A stretch of 62,985 nt of DNA, counting the filler, from Octopus bimaculoides (lineage: Eukaryota): the NCBI RefSeq assembly GCF_001194135.2. It is 5 parts of 5 records of this genome, joined end to end, with 100 filler letters (N's around TTAATTAATTAA, not from the genome) between each part and the next. Parts side by side here need not be neighbours in the genome. Positions count along the whole stretch, not along the records: positions 26,394 to 53,989 come from NC_068989.1; 4 more parts are not named here. One strand, given 5' to 3'. The notes beneath the pieces were generated by a model, which saw only the letters and a list, made by a program, of their open reading frames with translations, ran no database searches and had not been told where the DNA came from. The position numbers and the translations under genes were made by a program. Positions 27,850 through 40,068 of this stretch are shown in pieces; the first letter of the stretch is position 1; the number at the start of each line of letters is the position of its first letter.

Positions 27850-28012
27850 CTCTTTAACCTGCGAAGACTACAGGCCAAGACAAGAAAGAAGAGGACACTG
27901 TGCGCGACCTCCTGTTCGCAGACAACCGTGCACTCAAAACCTCAAGAGACACCGAGATGCAGCAGGACAATAACTGCTTTTTCATTGACTGCAACAACTT
28001 TCGCCTCACAAT
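27850..28012 (+). mobile_element. RTE-clade LINE reverse transcriptase core fragment, inverted relative to the 3' piece
   Basis: LFNLRRLQAKT/KEEDTVRDLLFADNRALKTSRDTEMQQDNNCFFIDCNNFRLT corresponds to RTE GKLFNLRRL.AKT...RD.LFADD.AL...FGLTI. Confidence 0.88.
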
Positions 28013-28106
28013 ACATACATATATACAAACATGAATACATGCATACATACATACATACATACATATATACATACATACATGCACACACACACAGATACAT
28101 TCACAC

Positions 28107-28206
<100 letters not shown>

Positions 28207-29019
28207 TATATCACAGTTTCTAGAAATCGAATTTCAGTGCAAAGATGGTCTTCAACCCGTCGCCCAAGCCTGTGGTAAAAGACACGTGCATAAAGAGCCA
28301 TGGAGTTTTTCGAGCTCGGAACAACAGGATTTCTAATGAAAGCTCTGCCCGCGGCGTTGGTGTTTGGAGTCAATATCACTCTTCCAAACACTTTTCACTA
28401 TTGGTCTTACTGCATTCACTTTTCTCTTTTTGTTGAGAATTAAAGTTCCTGTACAGTTTAAGCAATTTTGAACTTACATAAGAGGAGTGTCATCACTGTC
28501 GTTAACAAATTTGACTTTAAAAAAAGAAAAGTACTAAGCTGAAATACTTATTACATCATTCTAGTTACATGGAATGACTAAATCAACAATCTTTAAATTC
28601 TCTTTCTTTATTCATTTATTGGCTCACACTTTGAAAACATATTGTATTACCATCAAATTTGAGTAGCAAAATATTATATTTTTGGTGTGTGTTAAGGCAC
28701 TATATTTGTTACACGAATAATTTCCTTATCGGTACTTCTAGAAGATTACTTTCTTAAATATAGCTTCAGATACTTCCTGATTCTTGAACAGGCCATTTAA
28801 GGAATTTATATCTGCCAAGAAATTAATCTAATTATCTTTAAGGAAAACTACTGACATTTCTTGCGATGCAATCGCTACAAATTGTGCGTTTCAAAATACA
28901 AGAATTATTCGTATAAAACATTCTAACAATTGGAGCAATGTTATTGTATAAAGTATTATGTGTGTTTGTGTCTCTTGCATTAATATTTTACTTGGTAATA
29001 AGGCGGCGAGCGGGTGCAA

Positions 29020-29215
29020 TTGTTTGGGCGTCTGTTAAAATATTTAGCGGCATTTTGTTCGTCTTAACGTTTTGTTTGGAAATTTCGCCAGAGCTGGCTT
29101 TGTCTTTCATCCTTTGGGGTTCTGTAAAATAAGTACCTTTAGTCGATGTAATCGACTTGCCCCTCTCCTAAAATTATTGGCCTTGTACCAAAATTTGAAA
29201 CCAACGTCTTACTTG
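29020..29215 (+). mobile_element. Degenerate SINE family A
   Basis: ggcgagcggg...tttagcggcatttt...ttgtctttcatcctttgggg...aaataagtacc...gtcgatgtaatcgact. Confidence 0.65.
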
Positions 29216-29236
29216 GTAATATAATTGTCTCTATCA

Positions 29237-29870
29237 ATACACATACATACATGCATACATGCATACATACATACATACATACATACATGCATACATACAT
29301 ACATGCATACATACATACATACATACATGCATACATGCATACATACATGCATACATACATGCATACATACATACATGCATACATACATACATACATGCAT
29401 ACATACATACATACATACATGCATACATACATACATGCATACATACATACATACATGCATACATGCATACATACATACATGCATATATGCATACATACAT
29501 ACAAACATACATACATGCATACATACATACATACATGCATACATACATACATACATACATGCATACATACATACATACATACATACATGCATACATACAT
29601 GCATACATANNNNNNNNNNATACATACATACATACATACATACATACACACATACATACATACATACATGCATACATACATACATGCATACATGCATACA
29701 TACATACATGCATACATACATACATACATACATGCATACATGCATACATACATACATACATACATAATGCATACATACATACATACATACATGCATACAT
29801 ACATACATACATACATACATGCATACATACATACATACATACATACATGCATACATACATACATACATAC
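29237..29870. repeat. About 630-bp compound (ACAT/GCAT)n tetranucleotide array
   Basis: Direct inspection; source of the MYVC/HTYI pseudo-ORFs. Confidence 0.97.
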
Positions 29871-30867
29871 ACACTCTACAAGTAAGTGAACATACTAAGG
29901 AAAGTAGCACTCAAAACGTCTGGAGGAACATACATTTAATAAGAGTCTAACTGCTCTGCATGACTCAAATTTTCGTGAGAGTGCATGGCGCTTCCACCTC
30001 GTTAAAGTTTAAATTCCAAGCATCTGAAGGGATGGACATGTTCGACACGCCCGCAAAACTTTTATGTCATGTGGAGCTGAGTAAAACTCAGGTATGAACA
30101 AAAGAAGCGAAAGTTAGAGAAAAGTTGAGAATTCAAAGAGAAAAAATGGGTCAGAGAAAATTTTTATTTTAAATTATAGAAAAACAAATTACAATTCGAA
30201 GCAGTGGTAACATAATTAAGAATAAAGAAATAAGTGATAAAATAAAAAGGAAAATCTGTGAAAAGGTTATATAAGAATTGCAGAACACTGCTGAAAAATC
30301 GGATATGTTGGAAGGAATTTACCGAGTACGGTGACGAACTGGTAAAGGAAAATTAGGTGAGTTACATAGGAAGAGGAAAGTGATAGGCGTGTGCACATAT
30401 GTACGAATATGAAGCATTTATCACGTCAGAAAAGAAAAACGAACTGAAACGAAATTAAAAAAATATATGCAACTGGTAGAAAGTTTTTTAGTCCAAGTAT
30501 GATGAAGTTATAAATTCCACATGGAGGGGAATTGGCTAAAATCTTTTTACCTCAACATCCACTTAACTATTCTAGTATACTTCCGAACTCGCACTCGTCT
30601 ACACACGTATAAACGCCCCGAAACTGATATATGCCATTCCCTGAATATGCTCATCATTAAACAAGACCCATACCTGCGTCTCCTCTCTCCTTAAGCCCCA
30701 GCCGATGTTATAATTTTTCCACGTAGATCATAACCCCTTAACCGAGCGTAAAACAAGGAAAAGCGAACGAGCAGAGAAAAAATTGAAAGGCCAACAAAAG
30801 TAAGTGACAAAGTCGAAGGGATAAAACAGAGACCGTTACCAAGAACAACATGCACGGAGGTGAAACA

Positions 30868-31328
30868 CAGTTCTATATTTAAGAGATAAAGAATTATGTA
30901 CATTATTTACATTCTTTACAATTGACAGATATTTGTTCACATCTTGTTTGTTGTTAAGACAACGTTTCAGCTGATATACCCTCCAGCCTTCATCAGGTGT
31001 CTTGGGGAAATTTCGAACCTGGGTTCTCATTCCTAAGGTATTTTTCGATGTTACGCCATATGCCCATGGGCATATGGCGTAGTGGTTAAGAGCGCGGGCT
31101 ATTAACCCCAAGATTCCGAGTTCGATTCCAGGCAGTGAACTGAATAATAATAACAATAATAATAATAATAATAATAATAACAACATCAAAAAATGCCTTA
31201 GGAATGAGAACCCAGGTTCGAAATTTCCCCAAGACACCCGATGAAGGCTGGAGGGTATATCAGCCGAAATGTTGTGTTAACAGCAAACAAGTTGAGGGCA
31301 AATATCCGTCAAATGTAAATAATGTACT
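30868..31328. mobile_element. Non-coding fold-back element: inverted tail + 28-bp palindrome + tRNA-like head + (AAT)n + PLE-type hammerhead tail
   Basis: Arms 30905-31052 and about 31180-31327 are inverted copies (14 mismatches in about 145 nt). The perfect palindrome is at 31053-31080. A-box TGGCGTAGTGG and B-box GTTCGATTC are present. Same module as 62118-62985. Confidence 0.9.
30956..31001 (-). ncRNA. Minimal type I hammerhead ribozyme motif (core intact, stem I mismatch)
   Basis: GACAC CTGATGA A GGCTG gagggtatat CAGCT GAAAC GTT GTCTT. Confidence 0.6.
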
Positions 31329-31961
31329 GAGGAGAAAGTACAGAAGAAAAATGAAGATGAAAGAGAAAAAATAGCAACAAAGAATGAGAGACATACAGAG
31401 ATAGAAATACCAGCAACAGTAGAAGAGATTGGTGAAGAAAAACTGAGAGAGACAACGAAAGGAAAACAATTAAGAAATATGATACAATATACAAAAAGTG
31501 TCGAGATAGAAAAAAAGATTGCGAAAATGAAGAATATAATTAGAATCAAATTGTCACCCAACGAGAACAATGTAGATTTGAAAGCTGTTCTGTTGGAAAG
31601 AGAGAGAGGAGAAAGGTTGAAAAGTTAGAAGTGACACTGGTACAGTATCGTTTTGATGAATTGCCGCCGATTTAACGGAGTATTTTGTGTAAATGAGGGT
31701 AAGTGAGGAAATTTAAGAACTGAATAATTAGTGACTGCGTAATTTTTTTAAAAAAAGGGAAAACCAGCAGATACAAACGTTATATAAAAACAGTAAAATG
31801 AAACTGCCTGCTTATGGGTGGCAGGTAAGTCGTTCCATCCCCATTTTTCATTGTATCTATAATTTCATAGGTATGCGCATTTATGTACTCCATTGTATTG
31901 TTTCGTATGTCATTTTATTGTCCCCTCTGTATAAGAGTCATGTGCTCAATAAAAGAAATTA

Positions 31962-33773
31962 GGACGGTGGTGTTGTAGTCGAGTCATTTGATTCCCTGTT
32001 GCATTTGATGTGTGCTCGCTTCATGTGAGTCTTGTTGTTTAAATTGTTGAAGGTCTACCGCACTTAATTGCTGTATTACTGAAATGTTAAATTTATTGTT
32101 ACCTGTGAATTTTTATTTTCTTCCCCATTTATGGGTGATGTTGTGAATAACAGCATTATGGAACGTCAACCAGTTCCAGCAGGCAGTTATACAGCAGTAA
32201 CTGGGAATAGTCTAATGGCAGATATCCAGCAAGTAAGAGAAATTAGACTGAACGACACAAATTTGAAGAAATATAATGAATTGTTACGAAAGGAGGGAGA
32301 CAGCCTGAAACTGACGCCGCCCAAGGAAATTATGGAGAAAAAAAACAGAAAAAAGGAGAGTAATATACAAAACACTGTATATCTCTACAAAAAAGAGTTA
32401 AAACAGCTGCAGCAGAGGCAATCGAAGAATGCTTGAAAGAAGTCAAAAGGCAAATTACGTATTGCACCAGAGGAAAGAAATTTGGCACAGTGGAGGTACG
32501 CTTCGCGAGTGCACAAGCAGCGATAAAACACTCCACTGTACCTTTGGCATCCACCGAGTTGGTACTTCTACCAACCTAATGTGGCAAACGTGCGGCCAGA
32601 GTTAGGATTGGTAGAGTGTCCCCAGAAATTGACACGACGTGGCTGATGGCAGCCATCCTCTATAATACAGAAGAGGAAACTAAAATACTTAAAATCATAA
32701 GAATTACGGAGGTAAACTGTTGGGGATACGACCTTGAGGTGACGGTCCACATCAGTTTACCAGACCTCCACAAAATTGCAGAGAAATTAGCGTTACCGAA
32801 CGAGACAAAGCTAAGAGTTCTAGTGGAGGGAAGACCTGGGGACACATCAAAACTAAGTGTCCCCAGAAACACGAAGAGGAGGGGACGGAGATGGCACAGC
32901 AAGGAGAGGTATAGATGCAAGTCGTAGAAGAGCAGGGACCAGAGGAAAATATGGAAGAAAGATACACAGAGTTGAAGAGGAAGAAAAGACAAGAAACGAG
33001 GACTCACCACTAAAGAGTCCCATGAAGAAAACAAAAAGATGTGTAGAGGAGAGACAAAGTTTACCAAAAGGAGGAAAAGCGAACGAGCAGAAAGGAAACG
33101 AGATGTCGGCAAAATTAAGCGAGAAAGACGAAGAGAGAAAATAGAGAGCGATACTAGCAATTAGTAAAGAAGAGAAAGTAAAAGGATAGGAAAAAAAAGG
33201 AGGATAGAAGAAAAATGACAACAACATCGAGTGAGAGACAAGCAGAGAAGGAAGAGATGGAAACATCAGCAACAGCAGAAGAGATTAGTGATGGAAATCA
33301 GAAAGCAACACAGAAAGGAAAACAATTAAGAACTATGATACAGTACAGAAAAAAAGTAGAATTCAAAAAAAGGTCACGAAAATGAAAAATGTAATTAGGG
33401 TGAAGTTAGCGCCTAAACCGTGCAATGAAAAAGAGAAAGGTGAAAAGTTGAAGGAACTATTCGATGAATCATAAAGATATCACAATTATAGTTCCGATTC
33501 AATGAGTTGCCACCGGTAGTGACATTGAAGGACATAGTGGAATATCTATTATAAAGGAAAGTAAGTGAGATATTTAAATTTTGAAATAAGGACTTTTTCA
33601 AAAATGATGGAAAAAAGAATGATGAACTGTGTTATACATAAAAATTAAAATGGAACTGCCTGCTTGTGGGAATTTATCATTTATTCATAATTTCATCCGT
33701 TATATGTTTTGTGTATCCCACTATATTGTTTTGTCCCATTTTTATAAGATCCCTTTTGCCTAATAAAAGAAAT
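31962..33773 (+). mobile_element. ORF1-only (HAL1-like) L1/Tx1-related unit, copy 2, with disrupted ORF1
   Basis: From ATG 32131, across a frameshift and one stop: ...TYCTRGKKFGTVEVRFASAQAA...LLPT*CGKRAARVRIGRVSPEIDTTWLMAAIL...LRVLVEGRP/GHIKTKCPQK. This is an RRM-like ORF1 with the C-terminal half of a CCHC knuckle and a charged tail. No EN/RT follows before AATAAA at about 33761. Confidence 0.7.
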
Positions 33774-34613
33774 CAGGACGGTGGTGTTGCTTTGGCGGAG
33801 GTTTTCACTCCCTGAGTGCTCTTGTTCTACTATTAATTCCAGTACTATTTAATAAGGCTCTTATTTTTGCTATGCGCAATTCTAATTTATCTAGGCCGGA
33901 TATTGAATATTAACTGCACGTTGCTCTCTTATACATTTTGTTATAAACTATAAATGAGATCTCATAGGGCTTACTGTTTCGGCATAACTATGTGGTAGAA
34001 CAACTCAGCGCAAGTCACTGATCTTGTCCAAATACATATCGTATTCCATGTGGAGTTCTGGTTTCCTAAGTTGGAGGGAGTGATCTGTATAGGGATGACG
34101 CTCTCTTAATATTAGATAGTCATTGCAAAGTAGAAAAAGAGTGCTGTAAGAAACTACTATTCAAATTCTTCGACAATTTTGGACTATCTGATATTATAGA
34201 ACGTAATTACCGTAAGATTAATTTTCTTGATCTAACGTTTAATTTGAATATATGATTATTTGAAACATATCATAAATGGAACAAAAATCTAAGGTGTGTC
34301 AATAAAAAAATAAAATCGTCCACTCTCTATCATAAAAGGAATTGTAAACAATATATCAATTTGAATATTAGATGCTTTGAATTTTAATGCATACTGATAA
34401 ACCTGTGAATAGGAACTAGGAAATTGTTATTAGATGGTAAAATACTCATTTTGGCAGTTTGGTGAAAACAACTAATATTTAAAACGCTATTGAAGAAATC
34501 TGTTTATTTCGCTTTATTTTTTTTCTTTAGTACACTGCACTTATTCATCTCTGTTTTAAAAATAGTTAAATGTTTGTTAGAAGTATGTGTATGTGTGTAT
34601 ATAAATATACATA

Positions 34614-34674
<61 letters not shown>

Positions 34675-34699
34675 AAATATGCACACATACACAATATAT

Positions 34700-35360
34700 A
34701 TGTGTACGTATGAATTATGTATACACTACCTTGTATGTGAATTAGACCTAACCTGTATTAATATTACGTATAGTAAAAATTGTAAGAATGTATGTTAGAA
34801 GCGTGTTTGCATATATAAATAGATATATGTGGGTGTATTTTATTTTACTCATATATTTGTATATTTTATTTTATTTAACTTATTCTATTGTGTTATCTAT
34901 TTTAGTTTTTAAAATCTGTAAGAATGTATGTAAGAAATGTATATATTTGCGTATATAAATTGATATATGTACTTTTTATTTCACTTTATCTTATTGTATT
35001 TATGTATTTCTGTATTACCAAAGTAGGAATGTAAGAAGTGTATACGAGTATGTACATAAATATATGTAAGTATATTTCAATTTACTTTATTAAACTTTCT
35101 TTATTTCTGGTTCCATAATACATTTCAAATACGTAGCAAGAATGTATGAAGTATATATATGTTCATATGTAGATAGATAAATATGTGTACATATAAGAAT
35201 ATATACACTACCTTGTACGTAGCTTAGACTTCCAACACAATGTATCTTGATACAAAAATTAAACATAGTAAGAATGTATGTAGGAAGCGTATACGTGCTC
35301 ATGTACAAAAAGATATATATGTGTATGTAATAACACTGTATACACTGCCTTGTATATGGG
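34700..35360. repeat. Degenerate dispersed-tandem repeat
   Basis: gtaagaatgtatgt.agaa recurs about 5 times; tacact(a/g)ccttgta recurs 3 times. Confidence 0.6.
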
Positions 35361-36419
35361 TATATATAGGTATAAAAAAAGAACATGTACGCGAACGGGG
35401 AACGATATACCTACTAACTTATTTTTATACTTGTTTCAAAAAATGATACAAAAGTCAGAATGTTGTAAATTAACTTTATATAAAGACTGATTCTGGTGAA
35501 GAATAAAACCCAGTTGTTTTATTGTGAAACGTAGATTTCCTTCAAGGAAACAGTTAAGTACAGAGGAGGTCAGTCTTCATCACTTTATCACATCATTATC
35601 TCTAAAAGCTTAATTTTATACTCTCTTCTTTTTTATATCGCTTTCCTTTATAATTTGACTATTAAGATAGAATTGTAATTTGTAGTCAACCGGACCACTT
35701 TTTGTCTGCTTTTTTTTATTTCTGTAGTTTGTATTTTGATTATAATTGTATTTTGTCTGTCATTATATCTATGGGTTTAGTTTTGTCTGCAAATTGCTGA
35801 AAATAGCACTCTGCTTTGGGTATTCATTTACACACTATATGAAATGACAGTATGATGAAACGAAAAACTTATCTAAAACAATCTCTTGGATGGATGAGAG
35901 TGATTACATATGTCGATTATATCATTTCACCAATGTACTACGAGCGAAAATATATAGAAACACTTCCAATGCTTTAAAATAAAAATATTGTTCAATCTAT
36001 TTTCTATCATTTATCTCTTCATATAAATTCTACGGATACTATGTAATTCCTCATGTATATCAAACAGCAAGAGCATTTCTATAGTGTGATGACATCAGTA
36101 GCCAAGAACTGCAGACGAGCTTTGCGTGGAACACTACAAGGTATTTACACGAATCTTATATAACTATATATACATACATACATTAATACATTCATACATA
36201 CTTGCATATAATAGTTTACTGTTTCGTTACAGAGATCCGTGGTTTCCTGCTGTAGAGTTACAATTTTGGAGGGTTACATAACGTGCGTCTTGGAAATCTT
36301 TGGGGCTCAATACATACCGAAAGTTTTAGCAAATGCAAGCACATGGACAAATTTCTGTTGTCGAATTGTAGGACTTCACACTTTCTGGATTGAGTAACTA
36401 TCTCATAGACTTTGGTGTC

Positions 36420-36800
36420 CTTTCCATTATATTATTCTACACCAGCTACATGAAGTGTTATGCTCGGTGGGCGCCACATCCTCTGATCATGATCAAAAGT
36501 GCACCAGGCTGATCACATCATAGGAAGATCTGACATTGCCTCAGGCAGATCCAGCTAGTTTCCTTGAATGTCTCCTAACGCAGGATCAGTTTGGAGTTCT
36601 CCACTTTGAGCCCGGGAAAAAGAAACAATCCATGCAATGGAAACACCGCTCATTACCTGCTCCGAAAAAGGTCAAAGACATTTTATCTTCAAGGAAGGTG
36701 ATAGCCTCAGTTTTTGAGGATTCAGAAGGCTTTGTGCTTATTGACTATCTTCAAAAAGGACACGCCATCAATGGAGAGTTCTATGCCAATTTGGTTAGTC
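36420..36800 (+). mobile_element. Mariner transposase internal fragment (pseudogenised)
   Basis: ARWAPH (WVPHEL motif)...ADPASFLECLLTQDQFGVLHFEPGKKKQSMQWKH..PAPKKVK...RKVIASVFEDSEGFVLIDYLQKGHAINGEFYANL; first catalytic Asp region. Confidence 0.9.
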
Positions 36801-38069
36801 AAGGGTCAGGCTGAACGTCCGTTTGTGTTTTGTGTTTCGTTCCATCCCTGGTTGTTTTATAGCTTTATTTAACGTGTCTCGTTGTCAGTGAAAAGCATAT
36901 TATTTGATCTACTTGTTTATTTTTATATTTATACTATGCTTTGTAAGTCACGTTATTACTTATACGAGAAGTGTACTTCATTATAGCCCAAGTTTCTCGT
37001 GTATATGTATAGCGAACTAAAACTACCAAAATGTATTCTAATCGAAATAAGCGAAACGGAAATTAAACAACGAGGAACCTTTTCACGAGTCACCTGACGT
37101 AACACATCAGCAGCTATGATGCACCACAATTGTTTATACAACATCTCACCCGCGAGGCACCGGTCTACGATGGGTAAAAAAATATATGTAGTGAATAATA
37201 GTCTCGTGAATTCTTTCTTTCTCTCATATTGTTACACACACACACACACACACATATATATACACACATCATGCTTACACACATTCGACAGAAATACAGA
37301 CATACGTGTACGTATGGATAGGTGCGTATGTGTGTGTGCGTTCGCGTGCGTTCGCGTGTTTATGTGTTTTAAAGTGTAAGTAGGACAGAACATACCGAAA
37401 AAAACTTTAGTAAATAAATAAATTTTAATAAACAAATAAAACAGGCAAAATCTGACTTTCATCTCTTCACAAATATACGTGAATGAGTTAATTTTACTAT
37501 TTGGGATATCTAAAGAATATATACAGCGTATGTAATATTGAAATTATAAATAAATGGGTAATTGGAACGTATGACTTTGTAAGTCTTTTCACTTTGTTGT
37601 ATTGTCATCTAAAAATATTTCTTTACTGATATCTTGTTGTTAGATATCTGATAAAATATGGCAGCATTCAGTTCTTTTATACAATTAACGAAGTGATTGT
37701 TATGTTCTTACGCGTATTCACCAAGAATTTCCTGTTACAACAAACAGTCACGAAATGAATCTCAAAAATCATATGACATTAAGTAACTAACAGACAAGTT
37801 TACTCAATATTTCACATGTGTGTCTCTACAAGCCTACAGACAAGCTATATTAAATAAGCCTTATTTCAGATACGAATGAATTATGCACGTACTATTTCTG
37901 GAAACTTTTTTTTCGACTAGATACTTCATTATCTGTAGTTTTAAGACCAGTGTGGCAGTATATTAACTTAACTTCACGATCTGACACAACATACATGGTT
38001 TCAACTTTATGTTGCTGATAACACCATACACACACACACACATACATGTAAATAAATAAATATAAGTAC

Positions 38070-38945
38070 ATCGGGGACTTACCTCCCAGCTAGCGATACA
38101 AAGAAGACTGTATTTTGCACCAAAACGCCAATATTTCTCTCATGATAACCACCACAGTAAAGTTTATTGTAAGAGAACATCCACGTTTAAGTGGGAATAA
38201 ATATTACTACTCGGTATTAACACTGTCTCTGTCACCAAAATATATTTTTTCATCTAGTTATCTGGCTAATCGTGAAAGCAGCGCCTGTTCTGCCACTGCC
38301 AATCAAATATATTGGTGGCGGAAAGATGAATCGCTGTATGGAGTAACCCCTAAACCCCAACACCGCACCCGAAGAGGACCAGAAACAGAAAGATAATCTG
38401 GTCCAAGACTTCATCTAATCGAGAAGTTTCCACCAACGTAGCTAGGAGCTATTTGTCATTGACTAAAAAGAATTTCGTTAGGAGACACAAATACTATTAG
38501 CTCTTCAATAATATCGCTTCTAACATTGAATAATATCGCTTCTAACATTGAATGCTACAACGCGCAAAAATGCACCTGCACAACCTCCAGCTCCGGCTTG
38601 TAACTTTCAAAATTCTACTAACTGCCCTCTAGGAGGATCCTGCCTCTCAAGGGCCGTATTCTTCTGAGCCACTCTCCCACCAACCAATGACATCACAAGA
38701 CATTACACAGGCATGATGATCGATTATTTCAACGGAGATACACACAACATATGCACTCGCTGAGATACAGGAATAGGGGGAATTCCACTTTTTTGTCTCA
38801 TTTCCTCAGGAGACAGTGAGAACTCCCGAATAAATCAGCCAACATTGAATGGATCATCATTGACAGACTACACCCTACTCACACAGCGTCTGCAGTTTTC
38901 GGCTCTGTCTCCGTAAAAGAACGTACATTCTCCACGAACCAACGC
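38070..38945 (+). mobile_element. Penelope-like element, 3' ORF fragment: linker + Cys motif + GIY-YIG endonuclease (decayed)
   Basis: RNRKIIWSKTSSNREVSTNVARSYLSLTKKNF..HKYY*LFN corresponds to IIWFNPPY..V.TN....FL.LI.KHF. It is followed by CNFQNSTNCPLGGSCLSRAVF.ATL, HYTGM, RYTQHMHS, NSTFLS, NIEW.II and LCLRK. Confidence 0.8.
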
Positions 38946-39126
38946 TATCTATTTATAGTATCTTATTGCTGCCAACAGAGATACGTCCTGTGGGGAGGGG
39001 ACTAGTTGATTATATCGACCTCAGTGTGTAACTCGTACTTACGTCATCGACCTCTAAAGGATGAAAGGCAATGCCGACCCCGGTGGAATTTGAACTCAGA
39101 ACGTTGTAATAATAATTAACAACAAT

Positions 39127-39493
39127 AACAAGAGCACTCAGAGAGCGCAAACCTCCGCCAAGATATCAACAACGACTTCTCAACGATTATCCAAAGATGA
39201 TTTTTAAAATGAGAATATTTGAAATAAACTCGACTGTTCTCACAAACGAGTATACTAAAAAGGAACCCGACCGCTCTCAAAAACAAAGTTTAAAAGAAAA
39301 GGAAAATAATCCAGAATCCTTGTCCGGTACCGAATCGATCCCCAAATCTAATCAGTTCGTGCCAGTCACGCGGCCAAACATTCCTGAAAGTTTCATCCGA
39401 ATCCATCCAGCGGTTCTTAAGATATCTTGTCCAGGAACAAACAAGCAAACGCCACTGAAACAGTACTTCCGCCTTCGCTAAGAAGGAAGTAAT
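39127..39493 (+). mobile_element. Probable non-autonomous Helentron (HINE/DINE-1-like) element
   Basis: 5' aacaagagc...acctccgcc. The 3' end has acttccgcc within a terminal hairpin tacttcc-N14-ggaagta (39464-39491). Non-coding. The class is inferred from this terminal architecture. Confidence 0.55.
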
Positions 39494-40015
39494 AATGATA
39501 ATGGTTTCAAATTCTTGGAGGAGACGAGTCGATTACATCGACCTCAGTGTTCAACTGATATTTATTTTATCGATCCCGATAAAATAAGTACCAGTTGCTA
39601 TTATTTATTCAGCGTTACATATGTTTCACTTGCTAATAGGTATAACAAAGTTGTATGTCTTAGATAAACCCCGTAAGAAAGTTTCTCCTAGAAATTCTTC
39701 AGACAGGCAATCAAATAATTATACATATATAAAGACACACACACACACATACACACATATATATAAATATATAAATGCATGCAAGTGTGACTGCTTGCAT
39801 GCATGTATGCATGTATGTATGTATGTATTTAAATACCACCTGCTATCATTTTCATTCTCTGAAAACACAATAAATAGGACAATTCATTTTTCTCACAGCA
39901 TGAAAATAAGGGTAGCAGCTTGTATTTAATTAAATACTCTGCATATGAAATGATATTTATCTTTCACTGGATGGGATCCTTATATTTTTGTTGATCCTAC
40001 AATAACGGAACAGTA

Positions 40016-40068
<53 letters not shown>

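Larger units (their letters stand above)
30750..31961 (+). mobile_element. 3' part of ORF1-only L1/Tx1-like unit, copy 1, interrupted by the PLE-module insertion
   Basis: aggaaaagcgaacgagcaga (about 30766) matches about 33070. 31400-31975 aligns with 33260-33790 (cagcaacag.agaagagatt, aaaggaaaacaattaagaa.tatgataca, aaatg.aactgcctgctt.tggg, aataaaagaaat.aggacggtggtgttg). Confidence 0.65.
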
